DNA from: Clostridia bacterium
GTDB lineage: Bacteria; Bacillota; Clostridia; Oscillospirales; CAG-382
Assembly (NCBI GenBank): GCA_017560085.1
Contig: JAFYPA010000057.1
Location: forward strand, 23,821-87,820
Length of the DNA: 64,000 bases
Direction: 5' to 3'
Positions 57,099-64,000 of this stretch are shown here, piece after piece; positions within the stretch are counted from its first letter, which is position 1; the number at the start of each line of letters is the position of its first letter. The notes beneath the pieces were generated by a model. The model worked only from the letters and a program-made list of their open reading frames with translations, searched no databases and was not told where the DNA came from. Position numbers and translations under genes: made by a program.

Positions 57099-57127
57099 TT
57101 GAAAAATTCACGAATATATGTTATACT
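57099..57127 (+). promoter_or_regulatory. Promoter of the HD-domain gene
   Basis: TTGAAA (57099-57104), 17-nt spacer, TATACT (57122-57127). Confidence 0.6.
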
Positions 57128-57156
57128 TATAAAAAATCATTCAAGAGGTTATTGTC

Positions 57157-57735
57157 GTGACTAATAAAGAAAAATTCATTCAGATTTATAAGGAAAACAT
57201 CAAAAGAGAAGGCAGCGCAGAGCTTCTTGCGTGGCTTGAAAAGACGGATTTCTTCACCGCTCCCGCAAGCACAAAGTTCCACCTCTGCGAGGAGGGCGGT
57301 CTCTGCGAGCACAGCATAAACGTATACGAATGCCTCAACGAGCGATACGCAGGTGAGCACAGTGCGGAAAGCATTGCTATAGTTTCGCTGTTGCACGATT
57401 TGTGCAAGGCGCAGTTTTACAAGGTTTCGTTCCGTAATCAGAAGAACGAGCAGACGGGTCAGTGGGAAAAGGTGCCCTTTTATCAGATCGAGGATAAATT
57501 CCCATTCGGTCACGGAGAAAAGTCTGTATTTCTTATTGAAAGATTTATGCGACTCAAGGTTGAGGAGGCTATTGCTATAAGATGGCATATGGGCGGCTTT
57601 GACGATACTGCAAAGGCCGGCGGCTTTACAATCAGCAACGCATTTGAAATGTATCCTCTTGCCGTAAAGCTTCATATTGCCGATATAGAAGCAACCTACC
57701 TTCGTGAGGGTGTTAAGAATCCCGATATGAATTAA
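57157..57735 (+). CDS. HD-domain metal-dependent phosphohydrolase
   Basis: FHLCEEGGLCEHS..., SLLHDLCK (the HD dyad) and HGEKS. 192 aa. GTG start after AAGAGG. Confidence 0.8.
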   Translation: MTNKEKFIQIYKENIKREGSAELLAWLEKTDFFTAPASTKFHLCEEGGLCEHSINVYECLNERYAGEHSAESIAIVSLLHDLCKAQFYKVSFRNQKNEQTGQWEKVPFYQIEDKFPFGHGEKSVFLIERFMRLKVEEAIAIRWHMGGFDDTAKAGGFTISNAFEMYPLAVKLHIADIEATYLREGVKNPDMN

Positions 57736-57743
57736 GCAAAAAT

Positions 57744-57778
57744 AAGGACGTGCCAAATGACACGTCCTTTGTTTTTTT
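57744..57778. terminator. Bidirectional terminator between the HD gene and pflA
   Basis: AAGGACGTG / CACGTCCTT stem, TGTTTTTTT on the plus strand and ATTTTTGC on the minus strand. Confidence 0.85.
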
Positions 57779-58496
57779 AGTTACCGAGTATTGAATTCAG
57801 TCTCTGCATCAATTCAGGTGAAGGCTCGGGGATGCTTGCGAAGGGGAACTCCCTTTTCATATTGTCGTACTTCACCTTGCAGATTTTACGGAAGGGGAGA
57901 AGCTCGATTTTATCAACGCACTTGTGTGCTTTGCTGATTTCTGAAAGCTTTCTTATGCTTTCCTCACTGTCGTTTATCCCGGTGATTATGACCTGGCGGA
58001 TTGTTGTCGGCACAGATTTACTGTCAAGATAAGCGAGAAAATCAAGTGTATCCGAAAGGGTTGTGTTGCCTACGAATTTTCTGTAGCCGTCCTCGTCGGT
58101 GTATTTGATATCGAGAAGCACTCTGTCGGTTTCGGACAGAAGCTTTTTTGTGCTCTCGTCAAGAATGCAACCCGATGTGTCAAGGCAGGTATTTATTCCT
58201 TCCTTGTGGCACAGTCTGAATATTTCGAGGCAGAATTCGGATTGCATAAGCGGCTCTCCGCCCGAAAGGGTTATTCCGCCGTCGCTTCCGAAATAGGATT
58301 TATACCTTATTGCACGGCTGACAACCTCGGTGGCGGTATATTCCGTGCCCGCACCGAATTCCCATGTATCGGGGTTGTGACAGCAGCTGCAGCGAAGGGG
58401 ACACCCTTGAAGAAACGCAACGAATCTTATTCCCGGTCCGTCCACCGTTCCGAGACTCTGGAAGGAGTGAATTCTTCCTTTTGTGTTATCGCTCAT
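57777..58496 (-). CDS. pflA: Pyruvate formate-lyase activating enzyme (glycyl-radical activase, radical SAM)
   Basis: [29 protein letters not shown] (CxxxCxxC cluster). 239 aa. Overlaps the pflB stop. Confidence 0.93.
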   Translation of the reverse strand: MSDNTKGRIHSFQSLGTVDGPGIRFVAFLQGCPLRCSCCHNPDTWEFGAGTEYTATEVVSRAIRYKSYFGSDGGITLSGGEPLMQSEFCLEIFRLCHKEGINTCLDTSGCILDESTKKLLSETDRVLLDIKYTDEDGYRKFVGNTTLSDTLDFLAYLDSKSVPTTIRQVIITGINDSEESIRKLSEISKAHKCVDKIELLPFRKICKVKYDNMKREFPFASIPEPSPELMQRLNSILGN

Positions 58497-60724
58497 ATAA
58501 CCTCGTGGAATGTTCTGCTGATAACCTCTCTCTGCTGTTCACGGGAGAGCTTGTTGAAGTTAACCGCATAGCCGGATACTCTGATTGTGAGGTTGGGGTA
58601 CTTTTCGGGGTTTTCGTATGCATCCATAAGGGTTTCACGGTTGAGTACGTTTATGTTGATGTGGTGAGCCTTCTTTGCAAAGTAGCCGTCGAGAATTCCT
58701 ACGAGGTTTGCTACTCTGTCATCCACACTTCTTCCGAGAGCCTCGGGAGTGATGGAGAAGGTGTTGGAGATACCGTCACGGCAGTCGTCGTAGCTTATCT
58801 TTGCAACAGAGTTGAGGGATGCAAGTGCGCCGTTTTCCTCTCTGTTATGCATGGGATTTGCACCGGGAGCGAAGGGCTCTGCGTTGCCTCTGCCGTCGGG
58901 AGTTGCGCCCGTGTTCTTGCCGTACATTACATTGGATGTGATGGTAAGTACGGAAAGTGTGTGCTCTGCATTTCTGTATGTGGGAGTCTTGCGCAGCTCT
59001 GTTATAACCTTGTGAGCCATTTCCTTTGCGATAAGGTCAACTCTGTCGTCATCGTTGCCGTACTTGGGGAAGTCGCCCGTGGTTTCAAAGTCTACGATAT
59101 AGCCGTTTTCATCCTTTACGGGATGTACATTTGCGAACTTGATTGCGCTGAGGGAGTCTGCGACAACGGAAAGTCCTGCGATACCGAATGCCATAAATCT
59201 GTGTACATCCGTGTCGTGAAGAGCCATCTGTGTCTTTTCGTATGCGTACTTGTCGTGCATATAGTGAATGATGTTCATTGTGTTGACATAGAGGTGAGAG
59301 AGCCACGCAATATATGTGTCGAATCTCCTAGAAACCTCCTCGTAGTCAAGCTTTTCAACGTCCATAACATCCATCTGCGGACCGATGCTCATACCGCTTG
59401 TGGTGTCGTAGCCGCCGTTGATTGCGATGAGAAGAAGCTTTGCAAGGTTGCATCTTGCTCCGAAGAATTGCATTTCCTTGCCAACTCTCATTGCGGATAC
59501 ACAGCAGGCGATTGCATAGTCGTCACCGTAAATGGGACGCATAATGTCGTCGTTTTCGTACTGAATGGAGTCTGTATCAACGGAAACCTTCGCACAGAAG
59601 GACTTGAAGTTTTCGGGGAGGCTGTTTGACCAGAGCACCGTAAGGTTAGGCTCGGGAGATGAGCCGAGAGTGTAGAGTGTATTGAGAATACGGAAGCTGC
59701 TCTTTGTTACAAGTGTTCTTCCGTCCTCGCCCATACCGCCGACAGCCTCGGTAATCCACATAGGGTCACCGCCGAAGAGCTCGTTGTATTCGGGAGTTCT
59801 CAGATGTCTTGCAATACGGAGCTTTATTACAAAGTCGTCTATAAGCTCCTGCGCGCCCTTTTCGTCAAGGATGCCGTCTGCGATATCTCTTTCAATGTAA
59901 ATATCAAAGAATGTGCTTACTCTGCCCAGAGACATTGCCGCACCGTTCTGCTCCTTGATTGCTCCGAGGTATGCAAAATATGTCCACTGGATTGCTTCTC
60001 TTGTGTTCTGTGCGGGCTGAGAAATATCAAAGCCGTACATTGCCGCCATCTGCTTAAGATATCCGAGGAAGGTAATCTGCTTGAAAAGCTCCTCGTTAAG
60101 GTGGATTTCCTCTGCGTTGAAGTTGCCCAGCGAAAGCTTATCCTTATCCTTCTTCTTTTCCTCAATAAGCTTGTCAACACCGTAAAGAGCTACTCTTCTG
60201 TAGTCACCGATGATTCTGCCTCTGCCGTATGCATCGGGAAGACCCGTGATAACATGGCACTTTCTTGCGGCTCTCATTTCGTCGGTGTATGCTCTGAATA
60301 CGCCGTCGTTGTGTGTTGTTCTGAACTTGAATTCCTCTTCGATTTTATCGGAAAGCTTATAGCCGTAAGCCTCGCACGCCTGTCGAACCATTCTTATTCC
60401 GCCGAAGGGGTTACAGCTTCTCTTTAAGGGTCTGTTGGTCTGCATACCGACAATGATTTCGTTATCCTTGTCGATGTATCCGGGGGAGAAGCTTGTAAGC
60501 GAGGATACTGTTGCCGTATCAATATCAAGCACACCGCCGAACTGACGCTCGAGAGCGAAAAGATTCTGCACCTTTTTGAAGACGCCCTTTGTTCTTTCGG
60601 TTGCGCCTGCAAGGAAGTCACTGCTTCCCTTGTATTCCTTGTAATTCTGCTGTATAAAGTCACGGACGTTGATTTCTTCCGTCCATTTACCTTCCTTAAA
60701 ACCGTTCCACTGCTTGAATTCCAT
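58493..60724 (-). CDS. pflB: Formate C-acetyltransferase (pyruvate formate-lyase)
   Basis: 743 aa. The glycyl-radical motif RVSGYAVNF lies near the C-terminus. The active-site region reads ..IACCVSAM... GGAGG RBS. Confidence 0.97.
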   Translation of the reverse strand: MEFKQWNGFKEGKWTEEINVRDFIQQNYKEYKGSSDFLAGATERTKGVFKKVQNLFALERQFGGVLDIDTATVSSLTSFSPGYIDKDNEIIVGMQTNRPLKRSCNPFGGIRMVRQACEAYGYKLSDKIEEEFKFRTTHNDGVFRAYTDEMRAARKCHVITGLPDAYGRGRIIGDYRRVALYGVDKLIEEKKKDKDKLSLGNFNAEEIHLNEELFKQITFLGYLKQMAAMYGFDISQPAQNTREAIQWTYFAYLGAIKEQNGAAMSLGRVSTFFDIYIERDIADGILDEKGAQELIDDFVIKLRIARHLRTPEYNELFGGDPMWITEAVGGMGEDGRTLVTKSSFRILNTLYTLGSSPEPNLTVLWSNSLPENFKSFCAKVSVDTDSIQYENDDIMRPIYGDDYAIACCVSAMRVGKEMQFFGARCNLAKLLLIAINGGYDTTSGMSIGPQMDVMDVEKLDYEEVSRRFDTYIAWLSHLYVNTMNIIHYMHDKYAYEKTQMALHDTDVHRFMAFGIAGLSVVADSLSAIKFANVHPVKDENGYIVDFETTGDFPKYGNDDDRVDLIAKEMAHKVITELRKTPTYRNAEHTLSVLTITSNVMYGKNTGATPDGRGNAEPFAPGANPMHNREENGALASLNSVAKISYDDCRDGISNTFSITPEALGRSVDDRVANLVGILDGYFAKKAHHININVLNRETLMDAYENPEKYPNLTIRVSGYAVNFNKLSREQQREVISRTFHEVI

Positions 60725-60775
60725 ATTTTAACCTCCTTCTAATTACTGTTTTTCTTTCTATATCCTTTTGGAGGA

Positions 60776-60813
60776 CAAAAAAGGGCAAAACAGTATACAT
60801 AACTGATTTGCCC
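60776..60813 (-). terminator. Intrinsic terminator in the pflB leader (riboswitch expression platform)
   Basis: Minus-strand RNA: GGGCAAA-u-CAGU, loop UAUGUAU, ACUG-u-UUUGCCC, then UUUUUUG, about 50 nt upstream of the pflB start. The 5' arm overlaps the 3' end of the ZTP aptamer. Confidence 0.8.
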
Positions 60814-60879
60814 AGACGGTCGGCGTTATACGCGTGTGCTCCCTTGCGGTTTTGCCCGCTTTTTCCGTCAGTTGCACAC
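60809..60879 (-). ncRNA. ZTP riboswitch (pfl motif) aptamer
   Basis: Minus-strand RNA, in order:
- P1: GUGUGC...GCACAC.
- J1/2: AACUGACGGAAAAA.
- P2: GCGG-GCAAAA-CCGC.
- GGGAGC, then a linker containing the small hairpin GCG-UAUAA-CGC.
- 3' tail: CGACCGUCUGGGCA.
GACGG pairs with CCGUC as a pseudoknot. This order and the conserved strings ACUGRCG, GGGAGC and CCGNCUGGGC match my memory of the pfl motif that precedes pfl genes in clostridia. Confidence 0.78.
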
Positions 60880-60913
60880 GGTGTGTATACTACATCTTGT
60901 ATTATACAAGCAC

Positions 60914-60942
60914 ATTATACACTAAATATTCTTGTTTGTCAA
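60914..60942 (-). promoter_or_regulatory. Sigma-A consensus promoter of the pflBA operon
   Basis: On the minus strand: TTGACA (60942-60937), 17-nt spacer, TATAAT (60919-60914). Confidence 0.8.
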
Positions 60943-61014
60943 TAGATTTTATAAAAATAAATTTGTATAAATTTATATAATCGGAAACTGCTTTTTTGAA
61001 CATAAATGCTGAAA

Positions 61015-61764
61015 TCAGATTTCGAATTCATCACCATCAAAGGCGAGAATTGCGGGATAGGGAAGCGAGTTGCAAAGCTCCTTTAATTTTTCGACATTTT
61101 CGGGAATATGCCATTCGTTACCGATGTGCGAGAAGATGAGCTTCTTGAATTTGCACCTTTGGAATATAGGGAGTGCTTTTTCGAAATTGTAGTGAGTAAG
61201 CTCACAAACGCAGGCATCGAATTCCTCCTCAAGTGCTATTTTCGGGAAGTCGGAGAAGTCGCATTCGAGGTCGCCCGTGTGGAGTATTTTCTTGCCCTCG
61301 CCCTCGATTATGTAGGAGAAGCTGGGGAACTTTCCGTGAAGCACGTGGTTTGTTCTGTAGGATGTGACCTTGATATCACCGTCGTCATAGGTGAGTGTGT
61401 TGGGCTTTATGTAGTCAAATTCCACGTCTCCGCCCGTATGTCTTATGTGAGTAGCCTCAAGCCAGCCCTTGAATGCGGGGATTGCGGCTTCCTCCGTCAG
61501 CATTACCTTCATCGGGAAATCCGACTTATACTTGTACTTTTCCTTGCAAAGAGGTGCAAGTCCGCTTGTGTGGTCGTCGTGCATATGGGTTATGAAAACA
61601 GCCTTGACGTTTTGTGGTTTTCTTCCGCTTCTTATCATAAGTGCATCGCAGGGCTCACCGCAGTCTACGAGGTAGTAGCTTCCGCAGATTTCGTAAAGTG
61701 TGGATGAATTGAAGCGGATTTCCGTCGGGTCTCCGTGGCTTGTGCCCAATGTTTTGATAAGCAT
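61015..61764 (-). CDS. MBL-fold metallo-hydrolase
   Basis: HMHDDH (the HxHxDH motif). Later His/Asp ligands (HTGD; LTH..) are tentative. 249 aa. Confidence 0.8.
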   Translation of the reverse strand: MLIKTLGTSHGDPTEIRFNSSTLYEICGSYYLVDCGEPCDALMIRSGRKPQNVKAVFITHMHDDHTSGLAPLCKEKYKYKSDFPMKVMLTEEAAIPAFKGWLEATHIRHTGGDVEFDYIKPNTLTYDDGDIKVTSYRTNHVLHGKFPSFSYIIEGEGKKILHTGDLECDFSDFPKIALEEEFDACVCELTHYNFEKALPIFQRCKFKKLIFSHIGNEWHIPENVEKLKELCNSLPYPAILAFDGDEFEI

Positions 61765-61788
61765 ATATATTTCCTCGCTTTATGGTTG

Positions 61789-63222
61789 TTATTTTTTGTT
61801 GTTGCCTACGAAAATGCCGTCTTTTTTTAGGCTTTCACGAAGGCTATCGGGTGACAAATCGCAGGGTGCAATTCCTTCTTTCGCCGTAAGTGCGGATGCA
61901 ACTCCTACAGCGTTTCCCGTCGTTATACAGCACCCTTGGATTCTTGTTGCGGAGTGTGCAATATGGTCGCAGGAAATGCATCTGCCGCAGACAAGGAGGT
62001 TGTTGTATTTTTCCGAGCACAGCGAGCGGTAGGGGATTTCGAAGTAGTCCATTTCAAGGTCACCGCCTATTGCGTTGCGCTTGCCCTGAGGGTCGTGGAT
62101 GTCTATCATATAATATCCGCAGGCAACGGTGTCGGGGAAGGAGCTTCCGTTTATAAGGTCAAGCCCCGAAAGCTTGTATTTTCCGACAAGGCGTCTTGTT
62201 TCCCGGACACCCAGTCTTGATGAGGATTCTACAAGATAGCTCTTTTCAAAGCCGGGAATAAAGGTCTTTAAAAAGTCAACTATTGCGATAAGCTGAAGCT
62301 GACAAATAACCTCGCCTCTTGAAAGGTCGTCACCGTCTGCACCGTTGATATTTATGACTCTGGACATATTGATAACAGCCTCGTCCGAGTGTCTGCCTCT
62401 TGTCATAAGCACTCTGTTCTGTGGCATCGGGACGAAATCCGATTGTATTTCAAAGCCCGGTGTACCGCAGAATTCCCATTTTTCGAATCTTTCCTTTGTA
62501 ATGCCGAGGTCGCCGAAATAGAGGTTTTTGTTGTTGAGACTGCTTGCTTTTTCGTAGTCAACGCCACGCATTACAAAAAATAGTGACACGGGCTGCATAA
62601 GGTTGTCCGAATGGTATTTTTCGCTCTTTCCTCCGTCTGAATGCACCTTATCGAGGTTTGCACCCATAAGCTTGTCGTATATTCCGCTTTCGCTTCCGAG
62701 GACATAGTTGTCCTCCGAAAGATATACAAGGTCTGCATCACCCGTGGCATCGATATATGTATCTGCAATAACTCTTGTGTATCCCGATTTATCCTTGATT
62801 ATAACACTTTTTATTCTGCCGTTTTCCGTTTCCGCATCGCAAAGAACTGTGTGGAATCTTACATTTACCCCCGCATCGCTTGCCATCTTCAACAGAACAT
62901 ACTTCAGTATATGGGGCGAGATGTTATATGCCGTGCCGAAGCTTTCGTCGTCGATAACATACTTTTCCGTAAGTCGGGAGGTTTCGTCAACAATTTCCTT
63001 TACAAGACCGCCGAAGGGGATTCGTGATTTTGATGTTACGGAGGAAAGGGGAGTTACAAGTCCTATGCCTGCCTGACCTCCGAGCGTTCCGCCCATTTCG
63101 CAGAGGATGGTTTTTGCACCGCCTCTTGCACTTGCTATTGCCGCAGAGCTTCCCGCAACGCCACCGCCCGCAACGAAGGTGTTACAGCGGATTTCCTTGA
63201 CTATATCGTAGGTTGTTTTCAT
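61789..63222 (-). CDS. FAD-dependent oxidoreductase (FAD_oxidored/PF12831-like), paralog of 10437-11939
   Basis: FVAGGGVAGSSAAIASARGGAKTILCE..LGG dinucleotide fold. The C-terminal IPYRSL....CGRCIS...GNAVGVASALTA is collinear with the other copy. Confidence 0.8.
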   Translation of the reverse strand: MKTTYDIVKEIRCNTFVAGGGVAGSSAAIASARGGAKTILCEMGGTLGGQAGIGLVTPLSSVTSKSRIPFGGLVKEIVDETSRLTEKYVIDDESFGTAYNISPHILKYVLLKMASDAGVNVRFHTVLCDAETENGRIKSVIIKDKSGYTRVIADTYIDATGDADLVYLSEDNYVLGSESGIYDKLMGANLDKVHSDGGKSEKYHSDNLMQPVSLFFVMRGVDYEKASSLNNKNLYFGDLGITKERFEKWEFCGTPGFEIQSDFVPMPQNRVLMTRGRHSDEAVINMSRVININGADGDDLSRGEVICQLQLIAIVDFLKTFIPGFEKSYLVESSSRLGVRETRRLVGKYKLSGLDLINGSSFPDTVACGYYMIDIHDPQGKRNAIGGDLEMDYFEIPYRSLCSEKYNNLLVCGRCISCDHIAHSATRIQGCCITTGNAVGVASALTAKEGIAPCDLSPDSLRESLKKDGIFVGNNKK

Positions 63223-63237
63223 TTTTGCATTTTCCTT

Positions 63238-63996
63238 TCAGAGAAGGTCGTTAAGTGTTCTGCAGTCCTGTGACATCTGCTCTTCCGAGTCGTCCTTGAA
63301 GAATTCAAGCTCGAATATGCAATCGGGGTTTATTTCCTTTGCTTTTTTGATGTAATCCTTCCATGTCAGATGATGATTGTACAGCGGATGTCTTACATTT
63401 TCGCCGTTTTCGAATGTCCACGCAAAGGTGTGAACTATGTCAAGCCTTGGAAGAAGCGACAATTCACGCATATGTTCATCCACCGTTATTTCGGGATTTG
63501 GTTGCCAGCTTACGAAAAGGATGTCCTTATCAAGCTCTGAGAACAACCTTAATGCACCGTCAATCGTCTGTGTGAGGGTGCTTCGGTGGTATTCAAAGTT
63601 TATACACAAATCGTTTGCTTTTGCGATATTAAATATTTCCTTCGCTTCGGATATGACCCTGCAAAGCTCCTCGGATGTGCAAGCCTCATAGCTTTTGTTG
63701 TACGCCCACACACGGATAACCGTTGCACCGAGTGCCTTTGCCGTTTCACACACAGATTGGAATTCGGATACGGGATTTACGCCCACTCTGTAATATGAGC
63801 CGTAGCAGAAGGGAATAAGTCCCGCATTTTTAGTAAGATGTCCAAGCTCTCTTGCTCGGCTTATGTCGCCTGCGGGACAATGAACATCGCCGCCCCATTC
63901 TATGTATTTAAGGCTATTTTCAGCGGATAGACGAATGATTTCGTTAACGCATTTTCCTCTGAAGCTTATTGAAACAAGACCGCTGTTTTTCAGCAT
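63238..63996 (-). CDS. Sugar phosphate isomerase/epimerase family protein (xylose-isomerase-like TIM barrel)
   Basis: 252 aa. ..YIEWGGDVH.., ..VIRVWA.., ..INFEYHRSTL.., ..FELEF.. fit the AP_endonuc_2-type barrel pattern. The start ATG is at 63996, 4 nt from the window edge. Confidence 0.65.
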   Translation of the reverse strand: MLKNSGLVSISFRGKCVNEIIRLSAENSLKYIEWGGDVHCPAGDISRARELGHLTKNAGLIPFCYGSYYRVGVNPVSEFQSVCETAKALGATVIRVWAYNKSYEACTSEELCRVISEAKEIFNIAKANDLCINFEYHRSTLTQTIDGALRLFSELDKDILFVSWQPNPEITVDEHMRELSLLPRLDIVHTFAWTFENGENVRHPLYNHHLTWKDYIKKAKEINPDCIFELEFFKDDSEEQMSQDCRTLNDLL

Positions 63997-64000
63997 AGCG

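Noticed and set aside
58364-59629. A 421-aa plus-strand ORF inside pflB.
   Set aside because: It is antisense to an unambiguous pyruvate formate-lyase gene. The sequence is Val/Cys-rich nonsense with no RBS. This is the same codon-bias artefact.
1-64000. A scan for CRISPR arrays, transposases, integrases, prophage genes, toxin-antitoxin pairs, restriction-modification or other defence genes, reverse transcriptases and RiPP/biosynthetic clusters.
   Set aside because: I saw no repeat-spacer periodicity and none of the corresponding protein signatures in any frame. Apart from the anti-sigma ectodomain, the lines I checked by hand looked compositionally similar. The one radical-SAM gene outside pflA is the housekeeping hemW, in conserved synteny with lepA.

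Overview
The window reads as ordinary chromosome from a Firmicutes/Clostridia-type anaerobe. Supporting signs are sigma-A promoters of the TTGACA-17-TATAAT type, GGAGG ribosome-binding sites, an SLH-anchored surface protein, a MecA-like adaptor, scpAB and lepA-hemW synteny. I saw no transposase, integrase, phage gene, CRISPR array, toxin-antitoxin pair or recognisable defence gene.

I support about 52 protein genes:
- Housekeeping: uvrA, an ABC-F ATPase, an MsbA-type ABC exporter, rpiB, scpA/scpB, an M50 protease, a CDF transporter, potABCD, a family-4 uracil-DNA glycosylase, htpG, lepA, hemW and murE.
- One-carbon and fermentation: metF, a B12-activation-domain protein, short-form metH, and pflB-pflA.
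- Carbohydrate genes: a signal-peptide-less pectin/rhamnogalacturonan-type cluster at 35.3-42.9 kb, and several oxidoreductase plus TIM-barrel modules.
- Other: an ECF sigma/anti-sigma pair and a BacNaV-type voltage-gated channel.

Non-coding features:
- One tRNA-Leu(CAG) with its own promoter.
- A ZTP (pfl-motif) riboswitch with a terminator expression platform in front of pflB.
- Many hand-verified promoters and hairpin terminators.

Observations most worth a second look:
1. Four tandem paralogous lipoprotein genes (about 480 aa, resembling sugar-ABC solute-binding proteins) at 50.8-57.1 kb. Each has its own promoter and terminator, and no permease or ATPase gene lies nearby.
2. The voltage-gated channel homologue has a non-canonical acidic selectivity-filter sequence.
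3. Two FAD-oxidoreductase modules, one paired with a ferredoxin and an AraC regulator, the other with an MBL hydrolase and a TIM-barrel protein.
4. An anti-sigma-like gene with an abrupt AT-rich ectodomain, followed by an orphan C-terminal fragment of a Cys/Met-metabolism PLP enzyme.
5. PotD appears to carry both an N-terminal lipid anchor and a C-terminal membrane anchor.

Nothing here is demonstrably a new system. All functional calls come from motif recognition by eye and need HMM or structure confirmation.
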